Source: an uncultured Holophagales bacterium (GTDB taxonomy: Bacteria; Acidobacteriota; Thermoanaerobaculia; Multivoradales; UBA5704). From it: a stretch of DNA of 64,000 nucleotides. A program made the position numbers and the translations under genes. Each line of letters starts with the position of its first letter. Within the stretch, counting starts at the first letter, position 1. The stretch covers positions 250,039 through 314,038 of the forward strand of contig CAWJQA010000008.1 of the NCBI GenBank assembly GCA_963844885.1, in the 5' to 3' direction. The notes under the pieces were generated by a model. The model was not told the DNA's origin. It saw nothing but the letters and a program-made list of their open reading frames with translations, and searched no databases. Of the stretch, positions 40,742-49,012 are shown piece after piece.

Positions 40742-40973
40742 TATAAGCCAAGAGGCGCCGAACCTGGCGCCCCCTCCTCCCCTATCCGCTCGGACGGTGC
40801 GGGTGAGGGAGGTCGGGCGCCCGTGGGCGCATCGCGGGCGAGAGTGCTACGAGCTCGATGGCCGCGTCCGTCTCCGCGTTCCCCCGGCGGTCTTCGCGGC
40901 GATCCGCGACGCCAAGGCGCGCCACGCCGCCTGATCGCCAGTGTACGGCCTCACCACCTTTTCAAACGCCCTC

Positions 40974-41909
40974 TCAGGATGGGCTGACGCCTTGCAGGCC
41001 CTTCCGGACGGCCGTGGCGAAGGCCTGCGACTGGTCCGGACTGAAGGATGAGAAGTTCCAGAGCCATCCGCCCCCGGCGTTCGGGTTCGCCTGGCCGAAC
41101 GGCGCATAGGCAGATTGGACCTGATCGGCGGAATCGCCCTGGGAGATCTGCATGCCGGACGACACGAACCCGGCGAGGTTCGACACGCCGATCGCCTTGC
41201 CCGTGAGGGCTTGCACGAAGCCGGCGTTGTCCGCCGGATAGAGCCCGCCTCCTTGCAGATTCACCCAGGCTACCTGCTGCGTGCCGCCGGCATACGTCTT
41301 TTCGAGCAGGTCCGCCCAGAAACCGTAGCTCTCGTACGGCGCGATCGTCGTCAATCCACCGTGGCTTTGCATCCAGCCCGCGAGGGTGGTCAACGTGTCC
41401 ATGAACTCGGAATAGGATGCCGAGAACCCTCCCTGGCACAAACCGGCGTCCGCATAGACCTCCAGGTCGATGTCGACACCGTTGACCGGGTAGGCCGCGA
41501 AAATGGCGGACAGGTTCTGAAAGAACGGGTTGTCTGCCGGACTCGGGTACTGCGCGATCAAGTTTTTCAGATGCAGGAAGTCCCAATAGCCGATGGCCTG
41601 GCCGCTGAAACACCCGCCGCCACCGAAAGAGAGGAGGATATTCTTCACCGTGCCGGTTTTCATCTGTCGAAGGACAGCCGCCAGGTTCGGATCGAGATCC
41701 GTCGAGATCACACCTCCCGAGGCCATGGTGGTGTCGTTGTAGTTGATGCCGCCGTCGGCGCTGATATGCAGCGAGGCGAGGATGACGGTGTCAAAACCCG
41801 CCGCTCCCAAGAGCTTGCCTGTCGCGGCAATCGTCTGTTGCTGGGCGGGTGTCGGGTTTGCGGTATCGAAGGGACCGAGGGCGTAGATTCCCACATTCTG
41901 CGCGGCCAT
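40974..41909 (-). CDS. GH18-like (class III chitinase/narbonin-like) TIM-barrel protein, no signal peptide
   Basis: NGVDIDLE matches the GH18 D-x-x-D-x-D-x-E catalytic motif. LLSFGGGG strand motif is present. 311 aa. AGGAG lies 10 nt before the ATG. Confidence 0.55.
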   Translation of the reverse strand: MAAQNVGIYALGPFDTANPTPAQQQTIAATGKLLGAAGFDTVILASLHISADGGINYNDTTMASGGVISTDLDPNLAAVLRQMKTGTVKNILLSFGGGGCFSGQAIGYWDFLHLKNLIAQYPSPADNPFFQNLSAIFAAYPVNGVDIDLEVYADAGLCQGGFSASYSEFMDTLTTLAGWMQSHGGLTTIAPYESYGFWADLLEKTYAGGTQQVAWVNLQGGGLYPADNAGFVQALTGKAIGVSNLAGFVSSGMQISQGDSADQVQSAYAPFGQANPNAGGGWLWNFSSFSPDQSQAFATAVRKGLQGVSPS

Positions 41910-41996
41910 GATCTTGATCTCCTGCGTAGTGAATCAATGTCAAGGAGGATACCGGACCAACCCGGGGGGCGCTGCTCCGCCCCCCGGTTCAGACTC

Positions 41997-42392
41997 TTAC
42001 GACTGCGGTTTGGCCTTGCAGATCAGGCACTCGCAGACCGACATCTTGTTCGGCACGGTCGTCCACCACTGGCCATCCCAGGTGCCGTTGGCGGTCTGGC
42101 AGACGCCCGGGCACTTGGCTTCGGCATCCTGCTGGTTCCAGAGCGGCCCGGCATCGATGGCATAGGCGGGAGCGAGGCATTCGCAGACCGACATCTTTCC
42201 CCACACGGTGGTCCACCACTGGCCGTCCCACGAGCCCCAGCCGGCGCCGCACGTCTTCGGACACTTGACCTCGGCGTCGTGCTGGTTCCAGATCGGCCCG
42301 GCATCGACGACACAAGACTTCCCTTGCGCGAGCCCGGCATTGGCGAAGGCGACGAGCATCAGCACGGCCAACAGCATGACGGTTTTCTTCAT
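41997..42392 (-). CDS. exported tandem MVL-like (mannan-binding lectin) domain protein, Cys-rich
   Basis: AAGGAG lies before ATG 42392. Signal peptide MKKTVMLLAVLMLVAFANAGLA. There are two repeats of DAGP(I/L)WNQ.DAE.KCP..C...G.WDGQWWTTV..KMSVCEC. The GPLW and GQW-TT-MSV motifs are those of Microcystis viridis lectin. Confidence 0.65.
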   Translation of the reverse strand: MKKTVMLLAVLMLVAFANAGLAQGKSCVVDAGPIWNQHDAEVKCPKTCGAGWGSWDGQWWTTVWGKMSVCECLAPAYAIDAGPLWNQQDAEAKCPGVCQTANGTWDGQWWTTVPNKMSVCECLICKAKPQS

Positions 42393-42593
42393 TTGCAGTC
42401 TCCTTGGTCGAAGCACTTGGATTGTGTTTGACGGACCGGTCGCTCCGATCCGCCGGGAGAGGGCTGGAGCGCCCCCGGATCTGTGTGCAAAGGAGATGTG
42501 CCCCGGCCCGCCGGTTTATCTCACCCGAGTTTTTCCGTCCGTCCTTTTCCCGGGTCAGTGCTATCCTCAGCACACTCAACCGCGGGAGCCGGA

Positions 42594-45500
42594 ATGCGCA
42601 CTCGGAGCCTCTGCATCGCATGGCAGGCGGTCGCCCTTCTCACCCCCGGCGCGGTCGCCATGCCTCCGCAAGTCCTCGGGACCGGAGCCGCGGTCGAGCG
42701 ACCGCTGGCGGGAGGAGAGAGGCACGTCTATCGCATCGAGCGCATCGAGCGCATCGAGCGCATCGAGGTAAAGCCCGGTGCCCGGCTGCTGGTGACGGTC
42801 GACCAGCGAGGTATCGATGTCGTCTTGGAGGTGCGGCAGCCGGACGGCAAGACTCTGATCGCGGTGGACAGCCCGACGGACAGCGAAGGTCCGGAATCCG
42901 CCTTGCTCCCTGAAGAGGCATCGGGTGCGCTGGAGATCCGAGTGCTGTCGCCGAGCCCGGGAGTCGCGCCGGGAACCTATGAGATCCGCCTGGACGAGCT
43001 CGCGGAGACGACTCCCGCCGAGCGCGAGCGCGTCGAGGCCGAGCGGCTGATGACCGAAGCGGCGGCGCGCAACCGCGAGGGCGGCTCGGAGGGCAAGCGG
43101 CTCGCCGCCGTCCGTTACGAGGAGGCTCTCCTCCACTGGCGCGCGCTGGGCCGCGGGCGCGATGAGGCCCGGTGCCGGCTCGCGCTGGGCGGGATCGACA
43201 CCGCCCTCGGCCAGCCGAAACCGGCGCTGGAGCACTATCAACAGGCGCTCGATCAGCTCGTGGAGCTGGCCGACGAGCCGGGGCAGGCGGCGGCCTGGAG
43301 CGGCATCGGTCTCGCCCGGACCGCCTCGGGGGATACGGCCGGCGCCGCCGAGGCGCAGCGCCGGGCGCTCGCTCTCGAACGGCGCCTCGGACGCCTCACC
43401 GAGGAGGCCAAGGCGCTCAACAACCTCGGCTTCGCCCTGCACATGCAGGGCGACCTGCGCCCGGCCCTGGGGTTCTACCAGCAGGCGCTCGATGCCTTCG
43501 AAAGGGCCGGGGAACAGGGGTTCTGGAAGGCGAACGTGCTGCACAACCTGGCGGGGGTCTACATCGGCCTGGGCGAGCCCGACGCGGCGCTGGCGAGCCA
43601 CCGGCAGGTTCTCGAGCTGCAGCGTGCGCTGGGCGACCGGAGAGGCGAGGCGCGGACGCTCCACAATCTGGGGGTCCTCTACGGCAACCTCGGCGAGTTC
43701 GGCCAGGCTCTCGCGGCCTACACGCCGGCCCTCGCGCTCTTCCGCCAGTCCGGCGACCGGCTGTGGGAAGCCGCGCTCCTGCACAGCCGGGGTGTGGCCT
43801 ACTACGGGTTGGGTGACTTCGAGCGCGCGCTCGCCGACCTGGAGCAGGCATTGGCGATCCGCCGCGAGGCGGGCGACCAGAGGGGTGAGGTGATGACCGA
43901 GATCAGCATCGGCCACACGCGCCTTCGCTCCGGGCAGATCGCCCAGGCTCTCGACTTCGGCCGCCGGGCCGCCAGTATGGCCGCCGCCGCCGCCAACCGC
44001 CGGGGGGAGATGTTCGCGCGCCTGCTGGTGGCCCAGGCGGACGTCGCCGCCGACGCGCCGGAGGCGGCTCTCGCCGAGCTGGTCCCGGCTCTCGGCCTCG
44101 CCCGCCTCCTGGAGGACCGGGTCGGCGAAGCCTCGATCCTGCGGCTCACGGGAGAGGCATACCTGGCTTCACGGCAACCGGAAAAGGCCGCCCAGGTGCT
44201 GGGCGAGGCGGTCGACCTCGCCCGCGCCGTCGAGTCTCCACCCCTGATCATCGAAGCGCTGACGGCCCTCGCCCGCGCCGAGAGAAGGCTGGACAAGCCG
44301 GAGGAAGCCCGCTCGCGGGTCGAAGAGGCCCTCCTCCTGGTCGAGACCCTGCGCACCCTGGAGACGGACCCGGACCTGCGGGCTTCCTTCCTGGCGGCGC
44401 AGCGGGCCGCGTTCGAGCTCGAGATCGACCTGCTGATGGGGCTCGACCGGCGGCAGCCCGGTCAGGGACATGCGGAGGCCGCGCTCGAGGTCAGCGAGCG
44501 CGCCCATGCCCGCTCTCTCCTCGACCTGTTGCAGGAGGCGCGCGCCGACATCCGCGAAGGGGTCGATCCACGGCTGCGCGACCGCGAGCGCGGCCTCCTC
44601 GCGCGTCTGAATGCCAAGGCCGGCCAGCAGGCCGAGCTGCTGAGCCGCCCCGTGACCGCGGAGCGCCGGCGGGCGGCCGAAGGCGAGATCCGGGCGGTGC
44701 TCGACGAGCTCGCCGAGGCCGAAGCCGAGATCCGCAAGAGCAGCCCGCGATACGCCGCGCTCACCCGGCCGTCCCCGGCCACGAGCGCCGAGATCCGGGG
44801 CCTGCTCGACGGCGAAAGCCTGCTCCTCGAATACTCGCTCGGCGAGGAGCGGAGCTTCCTCTGGGCGGTCGATGCGGGCTCCGTGACGGGCTTCGAGCTA
44901 CCGTCGCGCGCGCGGATCGAAGCGGCTGCCCGCGCGGTCTCCGGCCGCCTGGCCGTCCTCGCGCCGGGAGACGATCAGCTCGAGCCGGCCGCCGAAACGC
45001 TGAGCCGGATGCTGCTCGGACCGGTCGCCGGGAGGCTCGGGACGCGGCGCCTGATCATCGTACCCGACGGCGCTCTGCAGTACATACCCTTCGGAGCGCT
45101 GCCGGTCCCGGATGCCGGCGGCTTCACTCCCCTGCTCACTCGGCACGAGATCGTCGACGCTCCCTCGGCCTCCGCCATCGCCTTGCAGAGACGGCTTACC
45201 CGAAAGACATCGGTGACCGGAGACGTAGCCGTGTTGGCCGATCCGGTCTTCGCGCCCGACGATCCCCGGGTGACCCCGGGAGCCGGGGCGAGGGCCGCGG
45301 CCGGCTCGGGGTCACGGTCCGCGGTGCCCTATCCTTCCTCTTCCTTCCTCCGGCTGCCCTGGACCCGTCGCGAGGCCGAAGCGATCGCCGCGGTCGCCGA
45401 GGTCGCCGCGATCGGGCCCGCGGGCCGGCCTCTCCTGGCGCTCGACTTCAAGGCCAGCCGCGCGACCGCCCTGTCGCCGGACCTGGCCGGTTACCGCATC

Positions 45501-45962
45501 GTCCACTTCGCGACCCATGGCATCATCGATGCCCAAACCCCCGCCCTGTCCGGGTTGATGCTCTCGCGCGTCGGCGAGCACGGCGAGCCGCTGGACGGCT
45601 TTCTGGGACTGCGCGACATCTACAACCTGCGGCTCGGGGCCGATCTGGTGGTGCTCTCCGGATGCGAAACGGCGCTGGGCAAGGAGGTGCGGGGCGAAGG
45701 CCTGGTGGGGTTGACGCAGGGCTTCCTCTACGCCGGCGCCAGGCAGGTGGTGGCGAGCCTCTGGCGGATCGAGGACCGGACCACGGCGGAGCTGATGTCG
45801 CGCTTCTACCGCGGCCTCCTGGTCGAGGGCCGGCCGCCGGCCGCGGCCCTGCGGCTGGCCCAGCTCGCCATCCGGGACGACCGGCGATGGCGGTCCCCCT
45901 ACTATTGGAGCGGATTCGTGCTGCAAGGCGAGTGGGCCGGCTTCGAAGGCGGCCTGAGATAG
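42594..45962 (+). CDS. exported TPR + CHAT (caspase-like protease) domain protein with N-terminal beta-rich domain
   Basis: ATG 42594 with GGGAG upstream. Signal peptide MRTRSLCIAWQAVALLTPGAVA. There is a long TPR block. The C-terminal CHAT domain has His (IVHFATHG) and Cys (LVVLSGCETALG) and ends SPYYWSGFVLQGEW. Confidence 0.85.
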   Translation: MRTRSLCIAWQAVALLTPGAVAMPPQVLGTGAAVERPLAGGERHVYRIERIERIERIEVKPGARLLVTVDQRGIDVVLEVRQPDGKTLIAVDSPTDSEGPESALLPEEASGALEIRVLSPSPGVAPGTYEIRLDELAETTPAERERVEAERLMTEAAARNREGGSEGKRLAAVRYEEALLHWRALGRGRDEARCRLALGGIDTALGQPKPALEHYQQALDQLVELADEPGQAAAWSGIGLARTASGDTAGAAEAQRRALALERRLGRLTEEAKALNNLGFALHMQGDLRPALGFYQQALDAFERAGEQGFWKANVLHNLAGVYIGLGEPDAALASHRQVLELQRALGDRRGEARTLHNLGVLYGNLGEFGQALAAYTPALALFRQSGDRLWEAALLHSRGVAYYGLGDFERALADLEQALAIRREAGDQRGEVMTEISIGHTRLRSGQIAQALDFGRRAASMAAAAANRRGEMFARLLVAQADVAADAPEAALAELVPALGLARLLEDRVGEASILRLTGEAYLASRQPEKAAQVLGEAVDLARAVESPPLIIEALTALARAERRLDKPEEARSRVEEALLLVETLRTLETDPDLRASFLAAQRAAFELEIDLLMGLDRRQPGQGHAEAALEVSERAHARSLLDLLQEARADIREGVDPRLRDRERGLLARLNAKAGQQAELLSRPVTAERRRAAEGEIRAVLDELAEAEAEIRKSSPRYAALTRPSPATSAEIRGLLDGESLLLEYSLGEERSFLWAVDAGSVTGFELPSRARIEAAARAVSGRLAVLAPGDDQLEPAAETLSRMLLGPVAGRLGTRRLIIVPDGALQYIPFGALPVPDAGGFTPLLTRHEIVDAPSASAIALQRRLTRKTSVTGDVAVLADPVFAPDDPRVTPGAGARAAAGSGSRSAVPYPSSSFLRLPWTRREAEAIAAVAEVAAIGPAGRPLLALDFKASRATALSPDLAGYRIVHFATHGIIDAQTPALSGLMLSRVGEHGEPLDGFLGLRDIYNLRLGADLVVLSGCETALGKEVRGEGLVGLTQGFLYAGARQVVASLWRIEDRTTAELMSRFYRGLLVEGRPPAAALRLAQLAIRDDRRWRSPYYWSGFVLQGEWAGFEGGLR

Positions 45963-46034
45963 ACGTGGCCTCCGCGGCACTTGAGTGGGTGACGCCGGCA
46001 TCCCGCCGCGTCTTCGCAGGAGAGGAGATCCAAA

Positions 46035-46472
46035 ATGACAACCATTGACCAGTTCGCCATTCCCGAGGGGTGGAAAATCATAAGTTGGGATGTCCCCTCC
46101 GAGCCCTTGGGTCCAATCCCGTCGGATGGCTTCGCCGTGGGGGGGACTCTGCTGATTGGGGTCTCAGCGAATCAATCCCCGGCCTGCGATCTCGCCTGGC
46201 TGAATTCAGAGAGCAAGCAGTGCTCCATGACCAACCTCCCTTTCCTCGACAACAAGCTGAATGGCAGCGTGCGGGTGAGCTTCGGGGGAGTGATCGTCCC
46301 TTGTATCGCGACGCTCTCTCTCGAGGACGATGTGCTCACAGGTGTGTTCACCGTGGTCTTGGGCGACGGCAACACCGGCACCTTCGTTGCCGACGCGAAC
46401 CCACCGCGAGCGGACAGGCCGTCGAAGCGAACCCGGGCTGAGGAGTTGGAGCTTGTCTCGACGCGGGAGTGA
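46035..46472 (+). CDS. hypothetical protein (145 aa) between CHAT and ECF sigma genes
   Basis: A strong GGAGAGGAG lies before the ATG. The composition looks like real protein and the stretch is visibly less GC-rich than its neighbours. No family recognised. Confidence 0.6.
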   Translation: MTTIDQFAIPEGWKIISWDVPSEPLGPIPSDGFAVGGTLLIGVSANQSPACDLAWLNSESKQCSMTNLPFLDNKLNGSVRVSFGGVIVPCIATLSLEDDVLTGVFTVVLGDGNTGTFVADANPPRADRPSKRTRAEELELVSTRE

Positions 46473-46516
46473 CGGCGGTCTTGCGGTATCATGCTCCCTC
46501 TGCAATCCGAGGGAGC

Positions 46517-47119
46517 ATGAACGAAGCCGGCGTGTCTCAAGGGGAGCCCGATCCGATCGTGGACCTGGTCCGCCGCATCGTCTCCGGGGAGCCGGCGGCG
46601 GAGGCGGAGCTGGTCCAGCGCTTCAGCCGGGCTCTGTCGTTTCTGTTGCGGCGGCTGACGCGGGACGAGGCCGCGGCGGAGGATCTGTATCAGGAGACCT
46701 TCCGGCTGGTGATCGAGAAAGTGCGGCGAGGGGAGCTGCGCGAGCCGGAGAGGCTGCCGGGCTTCGTGAGCAGTCTGGCGCGCAACCTGTTCCTCGGCTC
46801 GGCCCGGCGCGGCGGCCGGCGCCAACAGTGGCACGGCGACTTCGAGGCGATCGAGACCGCACCCGATCCCGCCCCCGGGCAGCTCGCAAAGCTTCTCACC
46901 CAGGAACGGGCGGCGGCCGTCCGGCACGTGCTGGCGGAGCTCAAGAACGACCGCGACCGCGAGATCCTCTCGCGCTACTACATCGCGGGCGAAGACAAAG
47001 AGGCCATCTGCCACGACCTCGGGCTCTCCGACCTGCACTTCAACCGCGTGCTGTTCCGTGCCCGCCAGCGCTACAAGGAGCTGTTTGAAAGACGGCAGGG
47101 TGACCGCCATGGATCATAG
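46517..47119 (+). CDS. RNA polymerase ECF-type sigma-70 factor
   Basis: Region 2 (EDLYQETFRLVIEKV...LPGFVSSLARNLF) and region 4 (EILSRYYIAGEDKEAICHDLGLSDLHFNRVLFRARQRYKELF). The alternative GTG start at 46469 overlaps the upstream stop (GTGA). Confidence 0.9.
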   Translation: MNEAGVSQGEPDPIVDLVRRIVSGEPAAEAELVQRFSRALSFLLRRLTRDEAAAEDLYQETFRLVIEKVRRGELREPERLPGFVSSLARNLFLGSARRGGRRQQWHGDFEAIETAPDPAPGQLAKLLTQERAAAVRHVLAELKNDRDREILSRYYIAGEDKEAICHDLGLSDLHFNRVLFRARQRYKELFERRQGDRHGS

Positions 47120-47960
47120 CTACGCCGAAGAGCACGACCTTGTCGAATCCTACCTCGCCGGCCGGCTGAGCGAGAGCGAGCGGGACGCGTTCGAGGCCCA
47201 CTATTTCGCCTGTGAGACGTGCCTCGAGCACCTGGAGACCGCGGAAGGTTTCCGGGAGGGGATGCTCCAGGCCGCGGCCGAGGACGTCGCCGCCGCCGCC
47301 GCGGTGCGCGTCCGAGTCGGCCTGCTCGCCCGTATCGCCGGCATTGCCGCGTTGTCGCGCCGGCATCGGCTTGCGCTGGCGGGCGCCCTTCTGCTGCTCG
47401 CGGCGCTCCCCGCCTTCTGGCTGGCCGGCCGCAACCGCGGCCTCGAACGGCAACTGGCCACCGTCTCCACCGGGGCCGAGCGCGAGCGCGCCGCTCTCGC
47501 GGCCCGGCTCCACACCGTGGAGCAGGCCGGGGCCGCCGATCGCCGTCGGCTCACCGAGGAGTTGGATCAGATGCGCCAGGCGCGCGAAAAGACGGCCGCC
47601 GCCCATCCGGAGGTGAACGTCCCGATCTTCCTGCTCGCCGCGGTGCGCGGCGGGGAGGGAGCCGACAGAGAGCCGGTGAACCAGATCCCGCTCGCCGCCA
47701 CAACCGGCTCGGTCATCCTCACCTTCGAGCTCGCCACGATCGACTACCCCGCCTACCACGCCTCCCTGCTCAGCGCGGACGGCAAAGAGATCTGGCGGAC
47801 GGGCGGCCTGCATCCGGACAGCCGGGACACGCTGGTCCTCCTTCTGCCGGCTAGCATGCTTCAGCCCGGCGTCTACCGGTTGACGATCGAAGGCGCGCAA
47901 AGCGGCGGCAAAGGGTCTGCCGTCGCGGCCTGTCCGTTCCGGGTGGTGCGGCGTCCGTAG
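47109..47960 (+). CDS. membrane-anchored zinc-finger (zf-HC2 type) anti-sigma factor
   Basis: The start overlaps the sigma gene by 11 nt. H-x3-C-x2-C motif (HYFACETC). One transmembrane helix (LALAGALLLLAALPAFWLAG). About 170 aa lie outside the membrane. Confidence 0.75.
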   Translation: MDHSYAEEHDLVESYLAGRLSESERDAFEAHYFACETCLEHLETAEGFREGMLQAAAEDVAAAAAVRVRVGLLARIAGIAALSRRHRLALAGALLLLAALPAFWLAGRNRGLERQLATVSTGAERERAALAARLHTVEQAGAADRRRLTEELDQMRQAREKTAAAHPEVNVPIFLLAAVRGGEGADREPVNQIPLAATTGSVILTFELATIDYPAYHASLLSADGKEIWRTGGLHPDSRDTLVLLLPASMLQPGVYRLTIEGAQSGGKGSAVAACPFRVVRRP

Positions 47961-47984
47961 GCGATCGTCTTCAGAAGACACACG

Positions 47985-48425
47985 CGGCCACCGGATCGAG
48001 GGAACGTGGCTTTCCCTCCATTCGGCGAGCCGCCGGATCGGGGGAAAGAGCCTTTCCCTCCTTCCGGGAAGTCGCCGGAAGGAGGGAAAGAGGCTTTCCC
48101 TCCTTCCGGGAAGCCGCCGGATCGAGGGAAAGAGGCTTTCCCTCCTTCCGGGGAGCCGCCGGATCGGGGGAAAGAGGCTTTCCCTCCTTTCCGGGAGCCG
48201 CCGGATCGGGGGAAAGAGGCTTTCCCTCCTTTCCGGGAGCCGCCGGATCGGGGGAAAGAGGCTTTCCCTCCTTCCGGGATGCCGCCGGATCGAGGGAAAG
48301 AGGCTTTCCCTCCTTTCCGGGAGCCGCCGGATCGGGGGAAAGAGGCTTTCCCTCCTTCCGGGGAGCCGCCGGATCGGGGGAAAGAGGCTTTCCCTCCTTC
48401 CGGGGAGCCGCCGGTCGCGGGAACA
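47985..48425. repeat. 42-bp tandem repeat, about 10.5 copies, each unit with an internal hairpin
   Basis: CCGGATCG (or a variant) starts at 47991 and then every 42 bp up to 48411. The unit is CCGGATCGGGGGAAAGAGGCTTTCCCTCCTTCCGGGGAGCCG and contains GGGAAAG-AGG-CTTTCCC. Confidence 0.9.
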
Positions 48426-48477
48426 CATGGAAGTCTTGAAGCCCTGAGGAGCGCTGGCCGGTAGGTAGGACCGAAGA

Positions 48478-48792
48478 CTACCCTCCCGATCCTATTTGGA
48501 CTTCAGTGGCGCCGTTTCCACAAAGCCGGATCTCGGCTTGTATGAAAACACGCCACGAAGACAACCGTGTCCTTGACGATTCATAAAACAGGCCGTACGA
48601 AAACCGCCGAACGAGAGCTCTCCGTGTCTGGCGCAAGACGATCGGGTACGTCGCAGGCATATCCTGGACGGATTGCGCGGTCGCCCTCACTTCGGCCAGA
48701 AACTCCTCACCGAGCCCTTTCCGTTCCTTTTCGTACCACCCATAGGCACGATCGATATCCGCCGCGGCTGCAGGCCGATAGATGACCTTCAC
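48478..48792 (-). pseudogene. ParE/RelE-family toxin, one frameshift as sequenced
   Basis: GTG start. KVIYRPAAAADIDRAYGWYEK...RRFSYGLFY, then the expected C-terminus VKDTVVFVACFHTSRDPALWKRRH appears in another frame (stop at 48503-48505). Confidence 0.7.
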
Positions 48793-49012
48793 CGGGCATG
48801 CGCCCGCGCCTGGGCGGTGACCTCGTCCAGGAAAGCCCCGTCGGGCCCTCGACCTCCAACTCGTCGAGCCGGCGGTCCAGCTCCTCTCTCTGGGCGTTCG
48901 TCATGGGCAATGCATCAGGATCCTGGCCCAGACTCGCCCAAAGCCGGTCAAGAAGGTCAAGCTTTTCGTCACTGCTCAGTCGTGCGATGTCGAGAGCGGC
49001 TGTTTGTCCCAT
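48789..49012 (-). pseudogene. putative addiction-module antitoxin, one frameshift as sequenced
   Basis: MGQTAALDIARLSSDEKLDLLDRLWASLG...AQREELDRRLDELE. The expected ending WDEVTAQARAHAR-stop, which forms a GTGA overlap with the toxin start, is restored by adding one G to the run TGG(G)AC. Confidence 0.6.

Noticed and set aside
47985-48425. 42-bp array as a CRISPR locus
   Set aside because: The units abut each other with no unique spacers, the period is constant at 42 bp, and no cas genes are present.
47040-48464. ORFs reading through the 42-bp array (462 aa minus strand; 152 aa plus strand, PPDRGKEAFPPSGE repeats)
   Set aside because: The period is a multiple of three, so every frame stays open. 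The 462-aa ORF also runs antisense through the anti-sigma gene. Variation between units is by run-length shifts rather than codon-wise changes. A Pro-rich repeat protein cannot be fully excluded.
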